A DNA stretch of 64,000 nt from Verrucomicrobiota bacterium (GTDB lineage Bacteria; Verrucomicrobiota; Verrucomicrobiia; Verrucomicrobiales; DEV007): positions 34,996-98,995 of the forward strand of contig JASFYY010000133.1 in assembly GCA_045046875.1 (NCBI GenBank), given 5' to 3'. The position numbers and the translations under genes are program-made. Each line of letters opens with the position of its first letter. Position 1 is the stretch's first letter. This document shows positions 9,236 through 18,280 of this stretch, piece by piece. Below the pieces are notes generated by a model that made no database searches, had not been told where the DNA came from, and was given only the letters and a program-made list of their open reading frames with translations.

Positions 9236-10176
9236 GCGCGGCGCACCGGAGAGAACTCGCACAAGAGGCTGCAACCAGTGATGGTTGTAGCCAACGCCTG
9301 ATCTGCAAAGCCTTTGGACTCCATCGTTCGACCTTCCGCTATCGTCCAAAACACCCGAGTCAGCAGAGGGGAAATGCTGAAAAGAGTGTGGTTGAGCTCA
9401 GTTTGGAGCACCCTGAATTGGGTTCGGACAAGGTGGGAAGGATGGCACGGAAACAAGGTTATAGGATCAGTAGCAAACGAGTGCGGGATGTGCGTCGCGA
9501 GGAATGCCTGCAGGTTCCACCACCCCGAAAGAAGAAGTCCCGTTGTGGGAAATCAACAGGGAGGCACCCTCAAATAGCGATGAGACACAACCATGTATGG
9601 AGCTGGGACTTCATCCATGACTACACGGTGAGGGGAGGCAGTATCCGCATCCTGAGCCTGGTGGGCGAGTATACGCGTGAAATCCATGCCCTGCATGTGG
9701 AGCGCAACATAGGGGCACGCAAACTGTGTAAAATATTGGAAAGGGTGATCATGGAACATGGAGCACCCGACTACATTAGAAGTGACAATGGACCCGAGTT
9801 CGTGGCCCGATATTTACAGAACTGGTTGGAGGAAGAGAAAGTGAGAACCCTGTATATTGATCCTGGAAGTCCCTGGCAGAATGGTTATGTGGAGAGCTTC
9901 CATGATAAGTTTAGGAGGGAATGCTTGAGCCGGGAGCTGTTATACACCCTGACGGAAGCCCGTGTAGTGGTTGAGCGATGGAGGCACAAGTTCAACTGGA
10001 TCAGGCCCCATCGGAGGTTAAAAATGAACACGCCCCGGGAATACGCAGTCATGGTGGCGGGGATAACCGGTAGCCCTCAAGATACCAGTTGCGCTTCAGC
10101 CTACGGCTTGCGCTCCACAGGTATCTTGACAAGAAAGGTGCTGGGGGTGTTAAGTGCTTACGAACTTCTCACTTAA
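9229..10176 (+). CDS. IS3 transposase OrfB (DDE/rve), expressed as OrfAB by -1 frameshift
   Basis: The -1 frame is open from the slippery site (AVSAAHRRELAQ...) into track ORF 9388..10176; WSWDF, IRSDNGPEF, PWQNGYVESF catalytic motifs. Confidence 0.9.
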   Translation, partial: AVSAAHRRELAQEAATSDGCSQRLICKAFGLHRSTFRYRPKHPSQQRGNAEKSVVELSLEHPELGSDKVGRMARKQGYRISSKRVRDVRREECLQVPPPRKKKSRCGKSTGRHPQIAMRHNHVWSWDFIHDYTVRGGSIRILSLVGEYTREIHALHVERNIGARKLCKILERVIMEHGAPDYIRSDNGPEFVARYLQNWLEEEKVRTLYIDPGSPWQNGYVESFHDKFRRECLSRELLYTLTEARVVVERWRHKFNWIRPHRRLKMNTPREYAVMVAGITGSPQDTSCASAYGLRSTGILTRKVLGVLSAYELLT

Positions 10177-10203
10177 TTTGGGCCAAATATTGGAAGCAGG
10201 TCA

Positions 10204-10668
10204 GGAGGAATCTGTGCAAAATTTTGACTATCAGGGCAACAGCAGTTTCTTTCCGATTTGCCCTGGGATGATCGTGGCTTGGTTGATCAAAACGCCCAAG
10301 ATGTTGGCGATGTTATAGGCCCATCTGGTGGTAGCTTGGTTATCGATGAAAGCAGTTTCGCTAAGCAATGCAAGATGTCTGTAGGCGTGGCGCGGCAATG
10401 GAAGGGGAGACTTGGTAAGGTTGATAACTGCCAAGTTGGCGTATTTGCCGGTGCTTATTGATGGTAAGCGTGCTAGTATCACCGACTTTCGACGCTACCT
10501 TCTCAAAGAATGCATTGATGATTCGAAACGCTGCTAGAAAACGGGTATTCCTGAAGAGCGTATTGTTTTGAAAAAAAAAATCTGAGCTCTCGGTGGAGAT
10601 GATTAAAGAAGCTCTTGCCCGTGATCTACCATCTTCTTGGGTCAGTGCCGATGGAGGATACGGTTAAA
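10204..10668 (+). pseudogene. IS701-family transposase remnant (frameshifts and stops)
   Basis: Fragments EESVQNFDYQ / QQFLSDLPWD / LVIDESSFAKQCKMSVGVARQWKGRLGKVDNCQVGVF / WVSADGGYG in shifting frames. Confidence 0.85.
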
Positions 10669-10713
10669 TTGTGTAGGGGGTAAGGATGATTTCTAGCAAT
10701 TAAACTAAGTGGG

Positions 10714-11778
10714 TTACTTCCGTTGCGGGAGTTGTTCGATGCATGCATCAAATTTGTTGTTCAAATCCGTCGTATCAATCGACGAGCCAATGGCGACAAT
10801 TTGGCTGTGTGGCGGGCGGGTACCCCAATCATCCAGTTCTGATAGTTCTGTACGGCGTCCGACTGCTTGTAGGCTGAAACGTTTGCCAGGACAATCGGCG
10901 ACATAAACGATTCCTTTACAACGATAAACGGACGCCGGGAGTTCGCGTCTTACCATCCGACGTAGCGTTTCGAGTGAGAATGGCTGGTTGGATTCGTAAC
11001 TCCATGTGTCGAACATCTCGCTGGCAGTGTCGTGCTTATGGTGGGCTTGGTGTCCGTGTTGTTCAGTGTCGCCACTGTTTTCAATTTTCGGACTTACAAG
11101 TGCGGGGTCAAAACGGCCGACTGCCATCAGTATCTCTAAAGGCACATTGCAGCGTGTGGATTCGATAATCCGTATTCTATTAAGGTAATGTCCAACCCAC
11201 TCTCTGATCACTTCTATGTGCTCGGGGCCAACGAGATCGACTTTGTTGAGAATAACCATGTCAGCAAAGCCAATTTGCCGTATTTTGAGTGCCGTAAGTT
11301 CGGCATCGTCTCCATGGGTGAAAACGGCTTCGGCATCGATAAGGCAAGTAATGCTGTCCAGGCGGAGCAATTGCTCGTATTTTTTATCGAGGAATGTCAT
11401 GACAATACCCTCGGGATCCGAAACTCCACTTGCTTCCAAGAGTACATAGTCAATGGCATCTTTTTTCGTGAGGAGCTGCTCTAGGGAAAGGACGAGGTCG
11501 TCCCGGATTTCGCAACACACACAACCGTTGGTGAGGTTGATCGTATTCTCCTCTATGCCATCGACGAGTTCGGCATCGATATTGATGGAGCCGAAATCGT
11601 TGATTAACACACCGACCCGCAGACCATGGTCTCCGTTTAGGATGCGATTCAGCAAAGTCGTTTTTCCGGCGCCGAGGAAGCCGGTCAGCAGGGTGACTGG
11701 GACAGGACTGCGTCCAGGTATCAAAATGGGATCTGTTCTAGGGGCGGGGGCTAGAATTGGCCTAGGGTCTTTGTTCAT
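10714..11778 (-). CDS. COG0523 / CobW-family G3E GTPase metallochaperone
   Basis: GFLGAGKTT, NDFG, GCVCC, EASG, NKVD, short His-rich patch HGHQAHHKH, CobW_C (VYRCKG). Confidence 0.93.
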   Translation of the reverse strand: MNKDPRPILAPAPRTDPILIPGRSPVPVTLLTGFLGAGKTTLLNRILNGDHGLRVGVLINDFGSINIDAELVDGIEENTINLTNGCVCCEIRDDLVLSLEQLLTKKDAIDYVLLEASGVSDPEGIVMTFLDKKYEQLLRLDSITCLIDAEAVFTHGDDAELTALKIRQIGFADMVILNKVDLVGPEHIEVIREWVGHYLNRIRIIESTRCNVPLEILMAVGRFDPALVSPKIENSGDTEQHGHQAHHKHDTASEMFDTWSYESNQPFSLETLRRMVRRELPASVYRCKGIVYVADCPGKRFSLQAVGRRTELSELDDWGTRPPHSQIVAIGSSIDTTDLNNKFDACIEQLPQRK

Positions 11779-11779
11779 A

Positions 11780-13249
11780 CTACTTTTGCCCACCCGTCTT
11801 GTCATCGATATTAATCCCGCGGGCTTCAAGCATTTTGCGGGGGTTCAGTGTGACGCCGGGCCATTTCTGGACAGGCTTGCGATAGGTATCTTCTGGATAG
11901 TATTTTTTTGGGTCGATTTCCAGATCACGGACAAATTGTTCCTGCTGCATTTCGCGTGGCATCTTGGGTGTAGGTAAAGCTATCGTCTCAGGAAGTTCCT
12001 CACCCGGTTTGAGGAACCAGCGTGGATCCATGGCGGTGGGTGCCGCGCCATCGGGCATGAGAGCTTCGCGTGACCAAATAGCGTCCTTGGTGACGTTGAT
12101 TACCTGCACATCAGGGCCGCCGAACATGAACAACCCATCCCAATTGGCACGAATTTCTGCGACTGATTCAGCTGCCAAAGCCTCGCCCGACCATTCGTAA
12201 TGGCAAATGGCGGCCATGCGTGGTTGGGTTTTCTTGAATAGGTAACCTGCGGCGTAATACATCGTATGGAAAATATCAATCGTGTATTCCCAGAGTTCCG
12301 AAGGTGCACCCAGCTTCATAGCCGAAATAGCCGGTACATCTATGGTTCCTTCTGATACAAATACGTCGGCTCCCTTACCGAACTCGGCGGATAGTTCATC
12401 TGGGCGTCCATCTCCAGTAAAGACAAAGGATAATCCTGCGTCTTCCCAGTCAAGTCGGTAGGCTACAGCTCCATCCTTCACATGGGAGCGGGGCCAGGAT
12501 CGAACCACTACCCCGTCTTTGTTGTAAACGATGCCGTTCCGTTGCTTCCAGTCGAACTCAGTAACATCGATCTCGAAGCCGTCGCCGATCGGGCAGGAGT
12601 TGAAATTTTCTTCGTGCCAGCGGTTCATCTCCCGCATATGCTTGATCATGTGTTTGGTTCCCAATTTTGGAGTTCTCCCGGATGGGCCGTAAACTCTCAG
12701 CGGGTCGAACCCGCCTGAGAAAGCTCTGAAGGGATACATGTAGGGTAGGTCGGCAAAATGGTCGGCGTGCAGGTGGGTCAAGAAAATGTCGTTGATAAGT
12801 GGTGCAGGCACCTGCAGGGCGATGGCGTTACGGATGCTGCCATTACCCATGTCGAAGAAGAAACGACGGGGTTGCATTTCACCTGTTCCGAGTTCCACTA
12901 GGATTGAAGTGCCTGATTGCAATTTAGTTGGTGGCCAAGGAGTGCTGCCTAGAAACGAAATACGCATTTCGTTCTTCGGCAGGACTTCTGCCCCAGGCAT
13001 ATAAAAATTATTGTTCTTGATAGCAGGCCACGGCCGGTAGTCGTCCTTCGGTAGGCTTATGCCGCCGCCCGGGTTGGAGCCATAGGGGTTTGTTTCATCC
13101 GGTTTGGATGTCTCTGCATTTGCCGCGTTTGGAACAGCCATCGCAGCAGTTGTTGCGCCGGCACCCAGAGCGCTGTTCTTTATAAACTGGCGGCGACTCT
13201 GGTTTGGGGCAGACGTGTTCTTGGGGGGGGGACCATCGGGATTGTTCAT
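11780..13249 (-). CDS. Tat-exported MBL-fold metallo-hydrolase (RNase Z / AtsA / GntH-like)
   Basis: SRRQFIK twin-arginine signal with ANA cleavage site; ISFLGS, FFFDMG, THLHADH, RSH, FTGD motifs. Confidence 0.88.
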   Translation of the reverse strand: MNNPDGPPPKNTSAPNQSRRQFIKNSALGAGATTAAMAVPNAANAETSKPDETNPYGSNPGGGISLPKDDYRPWPAIKNNNFYMPGAEVLPKNEMRISFLGSTPWPPTKLQSGTSILVELGTGEMQPRRFFFDMGNGSIRNAIALQVPAPLINDIFLTHLHADHFADLPYMYPFRAFSGGFDPLRVYGPSGRTPKLGTKHMIKHMREMNRWHEENFNSCPIGDGFEIDVTEFDWKQRNGIVYNKDGVVVRSWPRSHVKDGAVAYRLDWEDAGLSFVFTGDGRPDELSAEFGKGADVFVSEGTIDVPAISAMKLGAPSELWEYTIDIFHTMYYAAGYLFKKTQPRMAAICHYEWSGEALAAESVAEIRANWDGLFMFGGPDVQVINVTKDAIWSREALMPDGAAPTAMDPRWFLKPGEELPETIALPTPKMPREMQQEQFVRDLEIDPKKYYPEDTYRKPVQKWPGVTLNPRKMLEARGINIDDKTGGQK

Positions 13250-13824
13250 AGTGGTATGGTTATTGGTTATGGTCTATAGCATTCTAAAAATAGCGTCAAT
13301 CTTTTTTTTGTTTGAAAGCAAGAAAGCTTGGCAAGCATTGTAATATTAGAGCGAGCTTTTTAAAATTACTTCGGCAGCGAGTCATGAGGAAAACAAGTCG
13401 ACCAAAGTAAGTCCTTTAGCGACCTTTTCGTCTTGGCTGGCGCCTATCGCGAATGCCCACATCTGGAGTAGAACACCATCGTTGTCTTCAGCAACAAGCG
13501 CTACCGCCGGATTATAGGTTGCTGCCAAACGTCTTGGAAAAGGTCGTTTCAGTTGTATAAAAGTCAGTCCTACTGGTTAGTAGGAAGTCGAACTCCAGTT
13601 CGAAGCCTTATAATCGTTAAGCGATGAAGAGTAAGCTTCAAGCAAGTGGTGTGAGAGCAGTTAATAGAAACATTGAAAAGCACAATAAAATGAATACCGG
13701 GTCATCTGATCTTAATAGTTATCCTTTGTTTCTAGTCATTTGTTTTTTAACTTGTTCTTCCTCTTCGATGGGTCAAGGAGGGGGAGGATCCACTGATTGA
13801 TCATTTTGCGGGAAGGTGGTTTTA

Positions 13825-14175
13825 TTAGTTGCAGGTTTTGATTCGCCCGACAAATATCATGCCCGCTAGTACGAGCAGTCCGGCGGGGACTTGAAGATAG
13901 ATATTATTCAAGACAAACAATGTTGAATAGCTGCCAAAGATTCCCATGGCAGAGAGTGCAATGACTTTGGATTTCAGGCTCATGCAGCGTTTTTCTTCCC
14001 AGTTGCGGATGGAGGGGCCGAAGAGTGGGTGGTTCAATAACCACTGATGCCGTTTTTTTGAAGACTTGGCGAAACAAGCGGCAGCCAATATTAGAAAAGG
14101 GGTCGTCGGCAGGACGGGGAGGAAAACCCCGAGAGTGGCGAGCGCAACAAAAATGAATCCAAGTGCCAGATACAT
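13825..14175 (-). CDS. ybaN: YbaN / DUF454 inner membrane protein
   Basis: LGVFLPVLPTTPFLILAAACFAKSS..HQWLLNHPLFGPSIRNWEE signature. Confidence 0.88.
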   Translation of the reverse strand: MYLALGFIFVALATLGVFLPVLPTTPFLILAAACFAKSSKKRHQWLLNHPLFGPSIRNWEEKRCMSLKSKVIALSAMGIFGSYSTLFVLNNIYLQVPAGLLVLAGMIFVGRIKTCN

Positions 14176-14346
14176 GCGAAATAGTTAATCCAATATATTC
14201 TTAAGGTGAATTGATTTTCGAGCTTAATCAAAATGCGTGCTTCAATATATGGCTGATCTAGGAAACCGCCCTTCAGACCTTATGGCAAGACTGTGATAAA
14301 AATTGCACATGTTCAAAAATGTTTCATGTTTGCAATTGTATCTTAC

Positions 14347-16734
14347 ATGCGTTTTTTGATTCCCCATAACATCAAGTCGCGCTGTCTCATCAGGATTTGG
14401 ACTTTGGTGACCGTTACCATCTCGATTCTTGTGCTGACGGAGAGTGCTGTCTTGAGTGGCGAAACACATTGGGCCTTTCGTCCGGTATCAGATCCGCCCC
14501 TGCCGAGCGTGCGTGACACGGCTTGGCCTCAGCAAGGGATCGACTACTTTATTCTTTCCAAACTCGAGGCAGCTGGAATCAAACCGGCACCTTCTGCTGA
14601 CAAGCACACTTTGATTCGGCGTGTTTATTTTGACCTGATTGGCTTGCCTCCGACGCCGGAGCAAGTTGAGGCATTTCTCGCCGATGATTCTGATGACGCC
14701 TATGCAAAACTGATTGATACACTGCTCGAATCATCTCATTACGGGGAGCGGTGGGGGCGGCATTGGCTTGATGTGGCGCGTTACGGGGATTCGAATGGGG
14801 GTGATGAAAATCACCATTTTCCTCATGCGTGGCGCTATCGCAATTGGGTTATCGATGCGTTCAATCGCGACCTGCCCTTTGATCAATTTTTACGGGAGCA
14901 ACTCGCCGGTGATCTGCTTGAGCCGCTAAGTTCTGATCGGCTTACTGCCACAGCTTTCCTGGCCATTGGTACCAAGGTTATTGCTGAAAAGGACTCGATC
15001 AAAAAGCAGGCGGATATCATTGACGAGCAGTTGGATACGATTGGTCGAGCGTTTCTGGGATTATCCATCGGATGTGCACGATGTCACGATCACAAGTTTG
15101 ATCCGATTCCCACTAAAGATTATTACGCTCTGGCGGGTATCTTCCGGAGTATTGCAATTAAGGATCGTGTGCTGTTGAAGCCGGAGTTGGATGCGTTCAA
15201 GGAATCCTTTAACAAGTCGCTTAAAGAAACCGGCATTCAAATCGCTGATGCTGAGAAGGCATTTGAACCTTTTTCTGCCCCTGATGAGAAGCTTGAGTGG
15301 GAAGCGGAAACATTCATAGCGGGAAACGTTCAAATCGATACCACTAACAAAGGTAAGGGGATTGGGGTTATTTGGGCAAAACAAGGAGGCGAGGTGAAGT
15401 ATTTCGCTGATTATGACATTGAGGTGAAGCGTTCGGCTACCTATTTGATTCGTTTGCGTTATGCGGCACAAAATTTGCGAGTGGGCAAAATATTGATCGA
15501 CGATAAGCTTGTGCTTGAGAAGGCTTTCACAAAAAGAACGGGGGGATGGATGCCTGAGAATCAGCAGTGGGTGGTCGAGGGGCAAGTCGAGTTGCTCGCG
15601 GGGAAGCACAAGTTCGGGATAGAAACCAAGCTGATGATGGCAAACATCGATAAGATGCAATTGATTGCGGTGAGATCAGATGCAGATGTATCCAAAGCAT
15701 TGAAAGCTCTCCAGCAAGTTGATGCGGGGGAAGAAAAGCGAGGTGTCATCATGGCGGAGCAGAATGCGGGCCCTATCACAATGGCGGTCAATGAAAGCAA
15801 GATTCGTGAAGCCAGTGTGAATCTGCGCGGCGATCCGCACGATCTTGGTGAAGTTGTGCCAAGGGGGTTTTTGACCGGAATCGGAGCCAGTGATTCAGCG
15901 CAGCCTGGAAAGCAGAGCGGTCGACTTGAGTTGGCGAATTGGATGAGTGTGGCGGATCATCCGCTGACCTCGCGTGTTGCTGTAAACCGTATATGGCTGT
16001 GGCATTTTGGCAGGGGATTGGTCGGCACTCCTGATAACTTTGGCACAACAGGAGAGGAGCCAAGTCATCCCGAACTGCTTGATTATCTGGCTAGTCAATT
16101 TGTCAAAGATGGCTGGTCGGTGAAGGCACTGCACCGCAAAATCATGTTGTCGAGTGTTTATCAAATGAGCTCGTCCGGGCAGGTTACGGATGGTCAAGAC
16201 GCTAATTATTCGAGTTACAAGATTAGGAGGGTCGAAGCTGAAGCGTTTCGCGACTCGGTATTAAAAGTGTCGGGAACTCTAGTGAAGTCTGCGCCGGCCG
16301 GTGCATCGCCTGAAGTAAATACACGTGGTCCCGGTGCCAATCGCAAGGTTTATGAACAGTATCCTCATCGCAGTGTCTACCTGCCGGTGGTTCGCTCGCA
16401 TGTGTATGATCTGCTGACCCTGCTGGATTTCCCTAACGCGAGTACGCCGGTTGGCAAACGAAACAATACGACGGTGGCTTCCCAGGCCTTGTTGATGTTG
16501 AACAATCCTTTCCTTATTAAAAAAGCGGAGTTGCTGGGTGTTGCGGTTCGACGTGAACAAGATCCGCTGAACGAACTTTATATGCGACTGTTTTCACGTC
16601 CGGTGAGTGATGAAGAGCGGAGTTGGGCAGAGAATTTTCTAAAACAATCGCTAACTCGTGGCACTGATGAGCATGCCTGGACGCTGTTCTGTCAGACATT
16701 GTTGATTTCCAACGATTTTTTATACATCAGGTGA
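14347..16734 (+). CDS. DUF1549 (PSCyt2) + DUF1553 (PSD1) protein with inserted CBM6/35-like domain
   Basis: HWAF, IDYFI, LIRRVYFDLIGLPPT, YGERWGRHWLDVARYGDS, CARCHDHKFDPIP, SGRLELANW, PSHPELLDYLA. Insert begins WEAET. Confidence 0.93.
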   Translation: MRFLIPHNIKSRCLIRIWTLVTVTISILVLTESAVLSGETHWAFRPVSDPPLPSVRDTAWPQQGIDYFILSKLEAAGIKPAPSADKHTLIRRVYFDLIGLPPTPEQVEAFLADDSDDAYAKLIDTLLESSHYGERWGRHWLDVARYGDSNGGDENHHFPHAWRYRNWVIDAFNRDLPFDQFLREQLAGDLLEPLSSDRLTATAFLAIGTKVIAEKDSIKKQADIIDEQLDTIGRAFLGLSIGCARCHDHKFDPIPTKDYYALAGIFRSIAIKDRVLLKPELDAFKESFNKSLKETGIQIADAEKAFEPFSAPDEKLEWEAETFIAGNVQIDTTNKGKGIGVIWAKQGGEVKYFADYDIEVKRSATYLIRLRYAAQNLRVGKILIDDKLVLEKAFTKRTGGWMPENQQWVVEGQVELLAGKHKFGIETKLMMANIDKMQLIAVRSDADVSKALKALQQVDAGEEKRGVIMAEQNAGPITMAVNESKIREASVNLRGDPHDLGEVVPRGFLTGIGASDSAQPGKQSGRLELANWMSVADHPLTSRVAVNRIWLWHFGRGLVGTPDNFGTTGEEPSHPELLDYLASQFVKDGWSVKALHRKIMLSSVYQMSSSGQVTDGQDANYSSYKIRRVEAEAFRDSVLKVSGTLVKSAPAGASPEVNTRGPGANRKVYEQYPHRSVYLPVVRSHVYDLLTLLDFPNASTPVGKRNNTTVASQALLMLNNPFLIKKAELLGVAVRREQDPLNELYMRLFSRPVSDEERSWAENFLKQSLTRGTDEHAWTLFCQTLLISNDFLYIR

Positions 16735-18182
16735 TGACAGAAAATACCCAGCACCCTGTCTTAAGCCGCCGCGCCGCGCTTGACCGGATGTGTGTTGGTT
16801 TCGGCGGACTTGCCTTGAATGCGATGTTTGCTGACTCGTCTATTGCGGGAGCGAATCAGTCTCTTCCTGAAAGTTTGCCTCATATTCCCGCCCGCGCCAA
16901 ACGTGTCATTTTTATGTTCATGCATGGCGGTCCTTCGCAGGTTGATTTATTCGATTACAAACCCAAGCTCGAACAATACGCCGGCAAGCCACTGCCTTTT
17001 GCCGAGCGCAAAGTGCAGTTTGCCAAACGCGGTAATCTCAGACCCTCTCCCTGGAAATTTCGCCAGGTGGGGCAGAGCGGAATGTGGATGTCGGAATTGT
17101 GGCAGCACCTTCCGAAAGTCGCAGATGAATTGTGCATGTTGCACTCGGTGTGCGAGACCAATGTCTCGCACGGTGGTGCCACGATGAAGTTGCATACTGG
17201 AGATGAGACCCTGGTGAGGCCCGGTATGGGAGCATGGGTCAGCTATGGTTTGGGAACCGAAAACCAGAACCTGCCAGGTTTTATCACCATTTGTCCGACC
17301 TCGCTGAACGGTGGGGTCAATAATTTTGGTTCGGCTTTTCTTCCGCCGGTTCATCAGGGGGTGTCTTATGGAACGCCGGCTTATCCCAATACTCTCGCTA
17401 AAAACGCTAAATTTCACTACATGACGAACGCCAGTGCCAGTTCTGAGGATCAGGCTCAGCAGCTCGACCTGCTGCGTAGAATGCGTAACAGACAGGTGAA
17501 AACTGGCGGCAGTCATCCCGAGCTCGATGCGCGTCTTCGATCTTTTGAGTTGGCATTCCGTATGCAGATGGCTGCGCCGGAAGCGACTGATTTGGGGGCG
17601 GAAACCGAAGCAACCCGAAAACTCTATGGGATGGACGATGCGAAGACGGAAAATTTTGGTCGTCAATGTTTGTTGGCTAGACGATTTGCCGAGAGAGGGG
17701 TGCGTTTTATTCAGATCAGTCATTCCCACAGTTTGCCTTTCAGCAATGAGCAGTGGGATCAACACGGTCATCTGGAGGAGGGGCATTCAATCAACGTCGG
17801 CCAAACAGATAAGCCGATCACCGGTCTGATTCTCGACTTGAAGGCTCGTGGACTGCTTGATGATACCCTAGTTGTGTGGGGCGGGGAGTTTGGGCGCACG
17901 CCAACGGTTCAGGCGGGCAAGGGAGCCTGGGGACGCGATCACCATCCTGATGGATTTACGATGTGGATGGCTGGCGGCGGCGTGAAGGGAGGGTTTCGCT
18001 ATGGCAAGACCGATGAATTTGGTTACCATGCGGTTGAGGATCGATGTACAATACACGATCTTCATGCCACTCTTCTGCATTTGCTGGGTCTCGATCATGA
18101 AAAGCTCACCTACCGTGCTTACGGACGGGATTTTCGTCTAACCGATGTCTATGGTGAGGTCGCGCACAAGATACTTGCATAA
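16734..18182 (+). CDS. DUF1501 family protein (Tat-exported, sulfatase-like fold)
   Basis: SRRAAL, AKRVIFMFMHGGPSQVDLFDYKP, CLLARRFAERGVRF, WDQH, GEFGRTP, GRDHH; TGATG overlap with the upstream gene. Confidence 0.93.
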   Translation: MTENTQHPVLSRRAALDRMCVGFGGLALNAMFADSSIAGANQSLPESLPHIPARAKRVIFMFMHGGPSQVDLFDYKPKLEQYAGKPLPFAERKVQFAKRGNLRPSPWKFRQVGQSGMWMSELWQHLPKVADELCMLHSVCETNVSHGGATMKLHTGDETLVRPGMGAWVSYGLGTENQNLPGFITICPTSLNGGVNNFGSAFLPPVHQGVSYGTPAYPNTLAKNAKFHYMTNASASSEDQAQQLDLLRRMRNRQVKTGGSHPELDARLRSFELAFRMQMAAPEATDLGAETEATRKLYGMDDAKTENFGRQCLLARRFAERGVRFIQISHSHSLPFSNEQWDQHGHLEEGHSINVGQTDKPITGLILDLKARGLLDDTLVVWGGEFGRTPTVQAGKGAWGRDHHPDGFTMWMAGGGVKGGFRYGKTDEFGYHAVEDRCTIHDLHATLLHLLGLDHEKLTYRAYGRDFRLTDVYGEVAHKILA

Positions 18183-18280
18183 GGCTTTCAATTGACTTCA
18201 GGTAGAATAGCTAATATCGAAGTCTGTTAGTTTTCGGTAAATGAATCGACCATTAATCCCGCAATTATAGAGAGGAGAAA

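Larger units (their letters stand above)
8897..10203 (+). mobile_element. IS3-family insertion sequence (IS407-like group), 1307 bp
   Basis: TG...CA ends. Imperfect terminal IRs: left TGACCGCCGCCAGAAAAACTAGCCCAAAATGAGTGAGAGGTT, right (rc) TGACCTGCTTCCAATATTTGGCCCAAATTAAGTGAGAAGTT. orfA/orfB with an A7G slippery site. No target duplication. Confidence 0.92.

Noticed and set aside
11780..13249. Guanitoxin biosynthesis (GntH-like similarity)
   Set aside because: No other gnt-type genes nearby; the family is broad.
13345..13745. 400-bp gap that might be a decayed gene or ncRNA
   Set aside because: Minus-strand frames have multiple stops with no recognisable family, and no convincing RNA structure was seen.
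14211..14231. TTGAT...ATCAA resembling an FNR box
   Set aside because: Spacer is 11 bp rather than 4.
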